From Lama glama (taxonomy: Eukaryota), in assembly GCA_028534125.1 (NCBI GenBank), contig CM052832.1, forward strand, positions 24,244,001 to 24,308,000: 64,000 bases of DNA. The letters are read 5' to 3'. Position 1 is the first letter of the stretch. Each line of letters opens with the position of its first letter. This document shows, piece by piece, positions 51,286-63,150 of the stretch. A program made the translations under genes and the position numbers. The notes under the pieces were generated by a model. It was not told where the DNA came from, did no database searches, and saw nothing but the letters and a program-made list of their open reading frames with translations.

Positions 51286-51712
51286 TGTTGGTACGGCCGC
51301 TTCCTGATCATGTGCAGCCGCCGCCGCCCGGAGCCGGGAGCCCGCGAACGCCCCAGTCCGGGCCGGCACCCCCGCCAGTGCCTGGGGCTGGAGCCGAGGA
51401 GCCGCGGCAGGCGCTGCCCTGACCGCGCCGGGAGTGAACGGCTGCGCGGCTGCTCAGAGGGTGAATGAAGCCAGGAGGAGGGGAAGGGGGAGGCGGCGGC
51501 GGAGGAGGCGCTGCGGGGACTGGGATGCCCCCTGGAGCCCCGCTGCTCGTTCACTCTGGGCCGGGCCGGAGACTCCGCCACTCCCGCGGCCGCTGCCGCC
51601 TCCTACGTGGTTCCAGCGCTGCACGCAGGCCGGTCCCACAGCGGGCAGGGAAGGGGGCCGGCCGGGCGGAGCGAGAGGTGAGGCGGTGGCAGCGCGGCGT
51701 GAGTGTGAGTGA

Positions 51713-51753
51713 GTGCGTGCGTGTGTGTGTGTGTGCGTGTGTGCGCGCGCGCG
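51713..51753. repeat. Compound (GT)n/(GC)n alternating purine-pyrimidine tract
   Basis: GTGCGTGCGTGTGTGTGTGTGTGCGTGTGTGCGCGCGCGCG. Confidence 0.92.
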
Positions 51754-54700
51754 GGGGGAGGGGGCGGCTGGGGCCGTCGCGGTGGCGAGGGGGCCCCCTC
51801 TGTGGCCACTTGGCTGACTCTGCAGCGCCCCGACCCCTCCTCGGCCCCCAGCCTTCAGGCCGCTTTCCTAAACTCCGTGCCTGGTGCTTTCATTTCATTT
51901 CCGACCACGTAGGGGGCTGACTGGAAGCGATGAAACAATTCAGGTTTTCTAGGGAGACTGAGCAAGAACCTTGGTGGGGGGTGGAAGTAGGGTGGTGTTG
52001 GAGATGCTGCCAGAAAACAAAACAAAAAAAAATCAGTTTCTAAGAACTGTGGGGTTCGGTTCAATCCCGTGGCTGCTCTGTTTTGTTTTCTTTCTTAGTA
52101 TATAATCCTACAGATAAGAGAGTAATATAAATACTTCGCAAGATTGGGAAATTGCTGAAGAGTAGTAAGGGCAAAAAAAAAAAAAAGCCAGTCGGAAGCT
52201 GGTTATATAATGCGAGATGTGGCTAACGAGAACGGCAAGCTATTTTTATTTTGTTTACCGTATGCTGTGCAGTAGGGACTCCTCCAAACTGGTTCTGTCC
52301 CCGAAGAGATTCTTAGCTTCCCTGTGAGATCCACAGGATACAATTAGCAAAATTAGAAGACCCTAATACACCCACAGAATAAAAACTAATGGTTTAGAGT
52401 GGTATACTCCGTGCACATCCTGTGGTCCATGCACGGGAATGTGTGTATGCAAATAAGTTCTCCTTTGGCAATCTGGTAATCACATCTCAATGACATTTGT
52501 GTTTTATAATGCAGGCTGTTCTTAATATTTAAACATCATCGTTACATATCGCACACAGCAGTGAGTAGTTACTTGATGGTTATTTTTAGGCATAGCCAGT
52601 TACTTTTTCGACAGTGTTATTAGTTAAGCCATTTCTGTTTGGGTTTCTGAAGAACCTTGCAGTTCCTAGAAGCCTCTGTGTTGAGCCCACCGTGTGGTTT
52701 ATTTGGTAGGTGAAGGTAGTTTGACGCTTGATCTTTTTTTTTTTTTGGAATGAAGCGTTTGCCGGAGGAAACTACCAGAGAGAAGGATGAGAAAATTCTG
52801 CACATAAACTCCTGGAAAGGGATTGCACCATAACGGCTAATGCTCCGGCATTTAATCTCCTCTGACTGCCCTCTAACTGTGCCTGCATCAGTCAATATTT
52901 TAGCAGCTCCCCAGATAAATGGGCTCGAATGCCACCTTCTACATAAAGCAGAGGTTGCAGGGTTCCCCGGAACCTTGGGCCTGTCTGCCTTTCTCATCTT
53001 GTGGATACCTGTCAGCGGGTGTAGGTTTTCCGTGCACTTACTCAGGCCCTGATCACTCATGTAATTAGATCAGGCTGCCATGGCAACAGACAATGTTCCT
53101 CCGTCCATTCAGGTGGGTTTGTCTTGTGCCTGGACTACTCCCAAGTGTTTCAGTGCACAGTATTTGTGCTGCCCCAGCCAGATGAGAGGCTTTACTATTT
53201 CCATTGCATCTTCTTTCTGTCATTTTTTGGACGGGAGACACTGAATGAGGCTTCTAGCTACTCAACTTTTTTACAAAGGAGACCAACAAGCTGTTCTTAC
53301 TGGGTGCAGTATGTAAATGCGTCTCCCCAGACAGTGAAAGGAGCCTGACAATCCTGCTGGTGTTTATTGTGAACAGATCAACAAGTATTTGGTACTTGTT
53401 AGAAGCCTTTCAGAGCTGACTGAGGCAACATTTCTTTTACAGTCTGTCTGGTGTCTTTGGCCTTGCAGGCACTTAACCCTTGCAAGTGTGAAAGAACTCA
53501 TCCTTTAGAACCAGTTGCCGGTAGTCAAGACTGGTTTTCTAAAGGATTTATTCAGCAGAAGTCATTTATCTGGGAAGAATATCCTCGCGGTCACATTTGA
53601 AAACTTTACAGCCATAACGTAATAACAGAAAATGTGACTGACAGCAGGCAGCCATTCTGAATGTATTCATTTTTAACTTGGATTTCTTGGCGATGATCCT
53701 TACCTGTGTGGTAGTAAGTTAAAAGGTTTTTGTCTCAGGTAAGAAATGATACAGGCCTATAGCTGGTAGACTGATAATGTATGGTGCTTTTGCACAGTAA
53801 ACAACTTGTGTTCTATTTGGGGATATAATTTACTGAGCATTTAATAATTTAGAGAATTCTGCTCTTATGCATTAGGAGGCCACCTAAGCCTGCTAAGGAA
53901 AGAAAAACAATACTGTTGGGGAAAAGAAAAAGTTAAGACGAGTAGTTTTGGTTGCTGCAGCTCTGTGTTGTCAGGCAATCCAAATAAAGGGGAGTATTTT
54001 AATAACTCTGATATTTGAAAGAAAAAATAATTAAGACTAATAATGTCTTGCTGTAGTTGTGACGCTGTCAGTGGGTTTACAGTTTTACAGCCCCATAGCT
54101 AAATTGGTAAATCCTTGTTTTATTTCTCCGGGGTAGGATTGAGAGAGCTACTCAGCGCTCCTCACAGGGGGTTTATGACTTTCTGCTGTTTGGTGAGTTT
54201 ATGCAGTTGGTAACTTGATTGTGGCCTGCTCAGATCAAGCATTGCTGCGTTTAAAACGAGCTGTTATTTCTAGGAGGTAAATAGATGGGTGGAGGCAAGG
54301 CTATAAAATAGAGCACAGAAGTTTAAGTTTTGTACAACACCTTGGAGGTCCTGGATTATAGTTTACAACATACTGAAACTCACTTTACTTGCAGCCAGAC
54401 GTGAACATGTATTTTTGAGTGTACAAATAAATTCATGCTAAAGTGAGTATGAAAAATGTACTTGATTGGAAACTGTGAAAGTCAGTACTTTCCCTCTGGA
54501 TTTTGTTTTAAGAGGGTTTGGTAAACTAGAGGTGGTACTCTATCAGAAATGTTATAACCAGCTTCAGGGCTTCTGAATTGTCTTTTATTTTTGGAGAGAG
54601 ATTCACGAGCAACTCTTTAGCCGTCAGATCATACGTGAAATGTCTGTAGTTGGCCTTAACTTTTCAACATACCTAACTCAGTTGTCTGGGAGTCCCCGGA

Positions 54701-57700
54701 GAGGTCAGCCTTAAGAGAGCATTAAAATGTTAATAAGCATGTTACTGTGACTTCTGGTTTTGTTGTCATTACAGAGTTTAAGGATTCTCATTCCTTTTGT
54801 TTAATGTGCCTTGATTTTTTTTCCATTCGGAAATGTCAAGTGGATTTTCTGTTTGCACCGACCATGAACAACAGGTTTTGATGACTAATGCATTGTAACA
54901 CCAGCTTATTTTGTCTCCTATTAGAAGTTAGTCAATAAACATGTTTTTACTAAAAGCCTGAAATTTAGTAAAAGTAGGAGTGAATGTTAATTCCTTAAAC
55001 TACAGTTGTCTGCAAGTAACACATAGTTTGAACTCTGAAAAGCTTAAGTACTTGCATATATAAGATGACATAGTGCAGCCAGACAGAATATTATTTTTAT
55101 GGGGGAAATAGATGATTCGATTTCCATTGCTTTTATATTTTTTGATATGTGCAGCTTAATTGCTTCAAAGAACAGAGTTCTGATTATACTTCTGCAGTTA
55201 TCAGAAGCAGGCTGTCCTTATTTTGTGAAAAGCATTGAAAATAATAAATCATAGAAATCCCAATAGTGATAATAATTTATGTTCTAGGGCATTACACACA
55301 AGACTGCCTTTTTTTGGAGAATGAATTTTGTAGTTCTCAACTATGCTGTTCAAATTTTAGTTTCATTTAATTGCATTTAATAAAATACTCATTCAAAATT
55401 TCTTTTAAGAGATGGTATAATAAGTATACTTAGTGTTCATTTTAGAGAATATTTTAAAATGTTGACTGAAAGAGTTGTAATTGGATTAAGGTTTTAAAAA
55501 TACATAAATGCTTAAAATTACAGGAGTAAACAAAAGATTAGTTAAATAATCTTTATATGTGGAAAGTTTTAGAAATCTTTTTCTTATTTCATAATTTATT
55601 TTTTATCTTTGTCAGTGTAGTGATATATTTCATAATCCTTATAAATCTGAACATTTCAGGCTGGTTTTTAGACACATATTTGTGCTATATATTACCATCT
55701 CAAATGTGCTCAAACATGTTTAGAACTATTAAAGGCAAAAAAGCAACAAGCATTATATTGTCATTGATATATCTGATGTGAGCAGAAATGTTTCATTGAT
55801 TTTTTTTTTAATAACTTTTAATGCATCCCATTTGTGGAGTAATGAAAATGTGATGGTAACGGCTGTAACGCAAACAAAAATTGTATCCCAAACATGAAAA
55901 TTACCTTTCAGAAAATTCACTGTAGTGTTATCAGAATTTGAGACTTAAGGGGGCGGAGGTTCCCCTGATTATGGTATTTTGAGTCAGGCTAAGAGGAACT
56001 CTCCTTCCCCCTCCTTAGGAGATCTGTAACTGACACATTTTGAGTGAGTTATTTAGCAGAAGTTTTTAGTGTTAATTGTCATAGCTGCTAACCTGTAAAC
56101 ATTGATGTTTCTAACATTCAAAGAAAAACTTTTTCTGGTGCTGTGTATGGCAGATTTTCCATACCCTTAGCTTTGCCTACTCTCCTTAAAATATTTATAT
56201 TATCTCTTGTATTTGTATTATTTACATAATATCTCCTCTTTACTGCCTGTCACATCAGTGTTATTTAGGCCACAATAGTGGAATTCTTACTAACCGTCCA
56301 CTATTAATAGTATTGTGTTATGCTGCACTGCAGTGCTTTTTAAATATGAAGTATTTCGTTTTTAGCGAGTATATTGTATAAAATAGTCCATGGGCTATTT
56401 TCTTGTATATTGCTTGTATGTTTTTGCAAGGAATCCACTCTGTCTCGCTTTTATTCTTGTGTCTCCTCCCTCTGATGGAACACAGCAAGTTACATTAACT
56501 CTTTTCATTACTCTGGCATAAGGACACAAATACTTTTGAAATAAGTAAGGCATACCGATGCGAGAGTAAATTAATATTTTACAGCATTTGCATCATGTTT
56601 GACTGTTCTCTGCACTTCAGCAGAATAGCAGGAGACTGTAATTTGGACTCCATAAAATCTTATCTGCCAGGTGATACGTAAATAGGACTGTGTGTGCCCA
56701 CGTCAGTATACAAGCCAGCACTCTCTCAACTGTTAGCTCATAGAGCAAGCGCTCTGCAAATCCACGGTACCTGCACCTTGTTTGAAAATGATGATCAAGT
56801 ATTTTGAGGCTTCATTTGAGATGGGACTAGATAAAATCAAGCTTCCCGACCCCCCTTAAAACAAGTACTGTGTAAGAGTAAATAGAATTTTATGAGCTTC
56901 TGTTTAACTTGGCCACCATTTGTATTTGTAACTCAACAAGCTTCTTAGTGGAGGGATCGTGTCTTCTAAGGACTTCAAAGACGTGATAGTCAAGAACAGC
57001 TTCCTTCTTTCGCTGCCCTTAAAAATTACATGTGGGGAAGCTAAGGTCTAGAAAATGTCTTTCTTTCTTTATCTGTAATTTTTCCCTTGGATAAACAAAC
57101 TAGTTGATTCCTGTAACCCATATCCTTTAAAATAGCAGAGTACGTGCATATTAACTAACGCAGGAAAAGGGTCACTAAGCTGAATGGGAAAAAAGCATGT
57201 TTCAAAATAAGTACGGTATGATTCTGTAGACACGAAAATGTCCAAAGCAGTATATACCGTCCCGGAAATCTTCCTTTGCGTATCAGTCCCAAGCGTGCAA
57301 TTGATGCTTAAATAAATACTTGGTGAATGGATTGGTTAGAAGTAAGAATACTTTGGCTACTATTCATTACTTTGAAAAGTGTTGGAAAGCAAGCAAAATT
57401 ATTTTCCTTTCCAGCTGGGCTGTGCTCTTAAAAATAGTGTGTATGGATGAAAATAATTCTGAGTACTGAGATGTGTTGCCATGCACCCAAGGATAATTGG
57501 CTCACTTACCTGTTTACAGATTATTCACATTGGAGATCATATTCATAGCTCCAGAATAGTTTCTTTCTGACACCCAGTATAATCCTGGGCCTTCTCCTTC
57601 CTACTGCTACCTGGCGTGGGCTTAGGAAACCCAAACTAAATTTAAAACCAGCCTAAACAAATATGCAGATCAGCTCCAGTAATCAAAGACTGAAAATCAG

Positions 57701-57866
57701 CCCAGCAATGACTAGCTTGGGGATTATTTTATACTCACTGTGCTACTGATTCTATTTAACGTGGACAGTTGGGAACTGCCAGTATTTAAAAATATTATTT
57801 TACTAGATAGGACTGGAAACTCTGTTAGCAGATCAAGTCCTCAACTTCTTCCATTTCTATGCATAG

Positions 57867-57916
57867 GTCTTTACCTCACAAAAACTACTACAAGCACCAG
57901 GCTCCCTGATGGAAAG
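57867..57916 (+). other. ATXN1: ATXN1 5'-UTR exon 2 (50 nt, probable cassette exon carrying a uAUG)
   Basis: Acceptor CTTCTTCCATTTCTATGCATAG|, weak donor AAG|GTATAT; sequence matches the recalled human 5' UTR; ATG at 57909-57911. Confidence 0.82.
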
Positions 57917-58602
57917 GTATATGGAAGATTCATTCATTCTCTTTCATTCATCCATTCACACTTTCACTCATTCACCATACAGTGGGTAGTTTTTACTTAA
58001 CCACACGCAAGGGCTTGTGGCAGGATGAAAATCAAGTAGACCTCCATTCAATAATTAAACCATTTAAAGTTTACTGGAAAGTCTAGTGAGTATATGCATA
58101 CTTAAAATTTTTTTCTGTATTCAACACTTTTTAATATCCCATTAGACTGGTATGCTAACAACTGTGCTCTGTTTCATGATCGTGCCTCAGGTTGCATGTT
58201 GATAGTAATATATACCTCATGAAAATTAGACTTTGGCTCAATTACTATTCAGTCCATGCCCATTTTCACCTGATAGTCCAGCATGTGTTTATAAGGTGAT
58301 TGGTTAGCATCATTAGAGAAGAGAACCACAGTAGCTCAAATGGGGAGACCAAGCTCTTAATCTGATTGAAGGGATGACCTCTTTGTGGGCTGGCCTCCCT
58401 CCGAGCCCTGTTGAAATAAAACCAGACCTGCCTTTTGAGCTGGCTGGTCACTGTGCAATTCTCATAAAACAACGCAAGATTTGACGTTCTTAAAGTTTAG
58501 CTTTCAGTGCATGGACGTGTTCAGGGGGGCATGATTTTTTAAAGCCATTTGTTCTGTTTTTCATTTTGGATTTCCTCTCCTGCACCCCCTGGACCATTGC
58601 AG

Positions 58603-58717
58603 GAAGCTCGAGCAGCCCGTCAGCAGGGTGGTCCCTTCAAGCTGCAGACTGGTCTGTGATCTCTGGCCGGCAGTCTCCTCCTCCGCGGCCGCTGCAGAGA
58701 AGTGCGTTGCACATCAG
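58603..58717 (+). other. ATXN1: ATXN1 5'-UTR exon 3 (115 nt)
   Basis: Pyrimidine-rich acceptor ending TTGCAG| and donor CAG|GTGAGA; colinear similarity to the recalled human 5'-UTR exon. Confidence 0.87.
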
Positions 58718-59457
58718 GTGAGAGTTTTGCTGCTCTCTCGTTTCCATCTGAGGATAAGGTCTGACCTGGGAAATCGCCTATACTGGCCATACTTCAGCAC
58801 TTTGTAGACTGTTTAAGTGTCTTTGCAAACTCTGTTGTGTGGGAAATTGAGAAATTGCCCAGAGAGGTTTTTTGTTTTTTTTTTAAACCTCGGGTTAAAG
58901 TATCTCTCTTCTTGGTTTATTTGGTTTATGAAGTAGTCTCCGTTTGACTTCATGATGGTTGATTATGTTGGGCTCCAGCTTGATTGTTTTGTCACCTTTA
59001 CTTTAAGCCAGAGAGAACGTTTTGCTGCCAAATGGTTATCTTAAGTCACGTTTTCCACGTTTTACGCTATTGTTGTAGTGTGACCCTTGTGAAGGGACAC
59101 TGGCTTGTTTGTTCGGTAGCAACCAGCATTTGTTGGATCTTGAATTTCTCTGTGTGTCTGTTTGGATTTTACAACTTCCTGATTTCTTCGTGTACAGTAA
59201 ATTTTTCTGACCCGGAGAGTCATGCAGACACAGGGTGTATGCAGGGTTGATGACTCATGGTTCTCTATTGACGGGAAGGCAAGAGGATACTGCTTACATG
59301 GAACCAGGAGGGAATGAAAGTTAGTTGAAAGTTGGGGCAATCAGGGCTTGGGAAGGAACACTGGTATTCATTCGCAACGAAGGAGGTTGAGAAATAGATC
59401 CCCTCTTTCTATTTGCCTTGGGAGTAGTCCTGCTCCAGGCTGTGGAAATAGACTAGT

Positions 59458-59610
59458 TCAGAGGTTCTCAAGCCTGGCTGGGCACCAGAATCACCCGGAG
59501 AGGTTAAAAAAAAAATAGAACTGGGACTCCACCCTAGATGTACTGAATCAAAATGAACCTTATTGTTCTCTTGGAATCATACTAGTGTTCCACGGGTTTG
59601 GAAATGGCAG
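59458..59610. mobile_element. MER5A1-like DNA transposon
   Basis: CAGAGGTTCTCAAGCCTGGCTG...AGAATCACCCGGAGAG...CCACCCTAGA..TACTGAATCA. Confidence 0.7.
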
Positions 59611-59854
59611 GATCCAGTGGTCTCCATGTTGCTCTTCCCAAGTCATTTTCTCTTTCCGAACTTGATGAGATGTATAGGCTACTTTCACCTAATCTCACCT
59701 ACAATAATCTGGATTTTCAGTTGATTTTTAAGAGGTGAATACTTGTTTTATCAAGATGTTAATTTTAAAACTGATTCATGAGATTTCTTTAAATAAAGAG
59801 ACCCCTCTCTGCACCAAAGATCCAGTTTTTAAGTTCCACCTGAATTCCATGGTA

Positions 59855-60080
59855 TGTAAGTTAAGGGCGCAGCCCATCTAGATTTAAAATCTGTAGCTGC
59901 CACTGTGACCTTGGGCAGTCCTGTAAGCTGTCTCTGCCTCAGTTTCTTCATATGAAGATGGAGATAACATTAGAACTTTCTCTAGGGCTGCTATGAGTAT
60001 GGAATGACATAATATTTTGTACACTGGGCATAACAGCGCCTGGTATAGGGTTTATGGTCCATGAACATAGGCTATTGCTG
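59855..60080 (+). mobile_element. MIR SINE
   Basis: TGTGACCTTGGGCAG...GCCTCAGTTTCTTCAT.TG.AGATGGAGATAA...CAGCGCCTGG. Confidence 0.8.
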
Positions 60081-60371
60081 TGATCTTGTAACCGATCTCG
60101 ACAGGGTGACGGTAATGTTCTTGTTTGGTGATGGTTGCTCCTTAACCATATGTGACTAAGAATAAGTAAATATCCCTGTACCTTGGTCTTTGGACCAACA
60201 CTGTAGACATTTGCAGCTCTGCAGAGCCAATGAGCTTTTTATTTATTTTTCTGAATTTTGTGTTATTCTACCTCTCTTACCGACACAGGATGCATATACG
60301 TTGTTTTAATATCGTTGTAGGATGAACTGACGAGTTGCAAGCATAAATGAAGTTACTTGTGTTCTGAGTAA

Positions 60372-60399
60372 ACACACACACACACACACACACACACAC
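60372..60399. repeat. (AC)14 microsatellite
   Basis: Direct reading. Confidence 0.96.
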
Positions 60400-61279
60400 C
60401 CCTGAATGACTGAAACACTATGCCTCAGAAAGGGTGGTCAGTCAAGTTTTTTTTTTGTGGGGGGCGGCGAGGCAGCAGAGGGAGGAAGTTGCCACCCACA
60501 TTATATCCTTGTGAAATATAGAACTGGGTACCTTACATTTTATGGGCCGTGGGTTAGGGAGGCATTCTTTAAAAGGAAATAGAATAACTCCAGAGCTATG
60601 AGCAGAGGTAAGCCTTGTTAAGGTCTACATGTGTCAGCTCAATCAAAAGGGGTGCAATGTCTCACTACTAATTTCTCTTAGGGGTACTTACTCATTTTAG
60701 GCAGAGAATCGTCACATTTAAGTTTTGGGGGAAGTAGTTTAATTGCACATGTGGTTAGTACACATGCAATTTTTTCTTTAACCTACGGGGTTTAAAGAGG
60801 GTCATATGTTAAAACAGGAATATCTCAAGAATTTTATTGTGTAAAACACAGGCAGCAGAAAGTCCTGTCTCTTGTTCAATATGTGTAGCTTACTGAGAAG
60901 AGATCCAGGTTTTATAGCATATTAAGCAAGTCTAAATGTCTTATGAATACTTGTATTACTGACAAAGTAGTGCAGAGTCACCTTGAGTTTTAAGCAGCTG
61001 ACATTTTCTATGATTGCATTTATAGGAGGCTCATAAGCATTATCTAAACATTTTGCATAAATAATGGCCTTTTTACAGCCCTCACGATTGATGGCTAAAT
61101 GTGGGCAGGGAAACGGTATCATTCATGTTGTACTCTGTTGTAGTCATTAAGGTTTCTTTAAAAAAATAAAACCTCGATGACAGTTCTTTCTGGTTCTAGT
61201 TATTTTATAAACACAGTATAGGTCTAGCAAGTTACGGCCTGCCGTGTTCACAGGCACTATCTATGTAAAGAAACGATCC

Positions 61280-61900
61280 GTTCATTTATTCACTGTGTGT
61301 CTCTTATACTACCGCACAGAGGGAGTAAGAGCTGCCAGAAGGAGGTTCTAGTCTTCGTGGTCAAGTAGGGGGAAGAAGAAATGCTCTGAAGTAACTAATG
61401 CAAAGCAGAATGGGGTGGGTCGTGCTTACTGGGGAAGGTTCTAACGCAGAAGGAATCCAGAAGAATGATGCTGAGTAGGATGATGAGGGAGGACTGAGAA
61501 GGAGGGGCCATTTGAGTTGAACTCTGAAGGCTGGTTAGTGTTTCTGGGGGAAGGGAGGCGTAGGGCGGGAGGATGCCCATTTCAGTGGCTGGGACATAAC
61601 GAGCAAGTGCGTACTGTGTAACTGATGAGGCTGTTCTGGTTGAAGCCCAGGTTCTGGGGGACGTCTGAGTTGCTGGAGTTCGGCAGACGGTAGAGAGTGT
61701 GAGAGTGAGATTGCTGAGAGGTCCGGTCTGGAGATAGATTCGGAGGAGCCGTTGACGTAGAATTGATCTTGGAGACTGGGCTTTGGGTTCTTGTGCCTGG
61801 CAGAAAGTTTGACAGGCAGGAAGGGATGAGTATATTTCACGATGACAGCTGGGGTGGAACGTGTAGAGAGAAGGTAAGAGGCAGTGGAGGCAGCAGAGGT
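61280..61900 (-). mobile_element. Degenerate L2 fragment
   Basis: TTCATTTATTCA start; GAAGGAGGGGCCATTTGAGTTGAACTCTGAAGG is L2-like. Confidence 0.5.
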
Positions 61901-62445
61901 GGAACATTTTTGTGGCGCAGGCTTTCTGTGTTTCCTGTTTTAAGACCTGGGATGATGTATGAGTAGATAATTGGGTTGGGAAAGGGGGGGTCCTTCCTAG
62001 ACGCTCAGGCACCTTGGAAACTCAGGGCTGAACTTGAGCTCAATGAAATCTTGTTGAAACCTTTATTCTCCAAGACCTTAAAAAAAATAGAAACTTGAGC
62101 TAATTTTAGCTAAATCTAATGCATGCGTATGAAAATGAATGCTGCTTTTGAAATTCAGTGCATGCCGTACCTCTTTTCATTTAAACAAATGATCCCTCTA
62201 TTTTCCTCTAAACAGTTTTATTAAGAAGATTTTCAGCGAAGCTCTGTACATATTAACAATTCCAGCATTGCCTTTGATCTTTTCCACCGTGGATTTATTC
62301 ATCTCCTGCGATAGGCGTAAATCACATTGTGCCACCTACTTGACTCTCAAGCAATTGTTCATTTGTGGCAATTCATTTACTGTGCTTTGATAAATCACAT
62401 TAATATGGGTGTGTTTCATAACTTTATTGTAGACTCTTATATGTG

Positions 62446-62497
62446 ATGTGTGTGTGTGTGTACGTGTGTGTACGTGTGTGTACGTGTACATGTGTAT
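62446..62497. repeat. (TG)n with 10-bp TACGTGTGTG units; 52-bp alternating purine-pyrimidine tract
   Basis: Direct reading. Confidence 0.92.
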
Positions 62498-62974
62498 CCA
62501 GCTACCAGCGACAGCTTTCTGGACAATTTGGCTTCTTATTTATACTTTATAGAAAACATAGAATTGGTGAGCCTTGGCTCTGGAGAGAAAGATCCTATGA
62601 CTACATGGCTCAAAGTGAAGGGGAAGGCTGAAAATTATTTGGTTATATGTTATTGGGGAGTCTGTCTTAATATAATTAGAGAAAATCTGAGGATTATTTA
62701 AGGTTTTTTTTGTTTGTTTTTCCTTTTAACCTGAGTTATTCCAGTGGGCCGTCTGTATTTCCCTAAATGGTCCAGAATGAGGCTGCGACTCACTACCTTT
62801 CAGAAAAGACAAGAAGGTTAGGACAGGTGTGATGAGGAGGGAGAAAACTCCCTGCCCGCAACTCCAGGGGGCAGGTCCTACTGCTTGCAGACGTTTAATG
62901 CACATCTACTGTGTGAGAAGCATTAGGCCAACTTGGCCCTAAAGGAAATAAGGAGCTGATTCACAGTTCACACT

Positions 62975-63150
62975 TTCTGTGTATTAACTCTGTTAATCCT
63001 CAGTGCAGTCCTTTGCGTGTAGGCACTGCTATTACCCCCATTTCACAGATGAGGAAACTGAGGCACAGGGCAGATAAGTAACTTGCCCAAGGATGTTAAG
63101 TGGTAGAATCCTGTTGGAACGCCAGCCTGTGCTCTTAGCTGCCATGCACC
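62975..63150 (-). mobile_element. MIR SINE
   Basis: TTAATCCTCA...CCCCATTTCACAGATGAGGAAACTGAGGCACAG...AAGTAACTTGCCCAAGG. Confidence 0.9.

Larger units (their letters stand above)
49820..51860. promoter_or_regulatory. CpG island / ATXN1 promoter (GC-rich, no obvious TATA box)
   Basis: Abrupt rise in GC and CpG density around exon 1; GC boxes, (GGA)7 at 50529-50550, CCG runs; interrupted by an N gap. Confidence 0.93.

Noticed and set aside
49881..51920. Long Arg/Gly/Pro/Ala-rich ORFs on both strands
   Set aside because: Expected from stop-codon scarcity in a CpG island; they run through a clear splice donor and an assembly gap.
54945..54973. TTTTACTAAA...TTTAGTAAAA hairpin
   Set aside because: AT-rich 10-bp stem in AT-rich intron; compatible with chance.
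57164..57216. Cryptic exon after ACTAACGCAG with donor CG|GTATGA
   Set aside because: No polypyrimidine tract, branch-like motif too close to the AG, and no supporting recognition.
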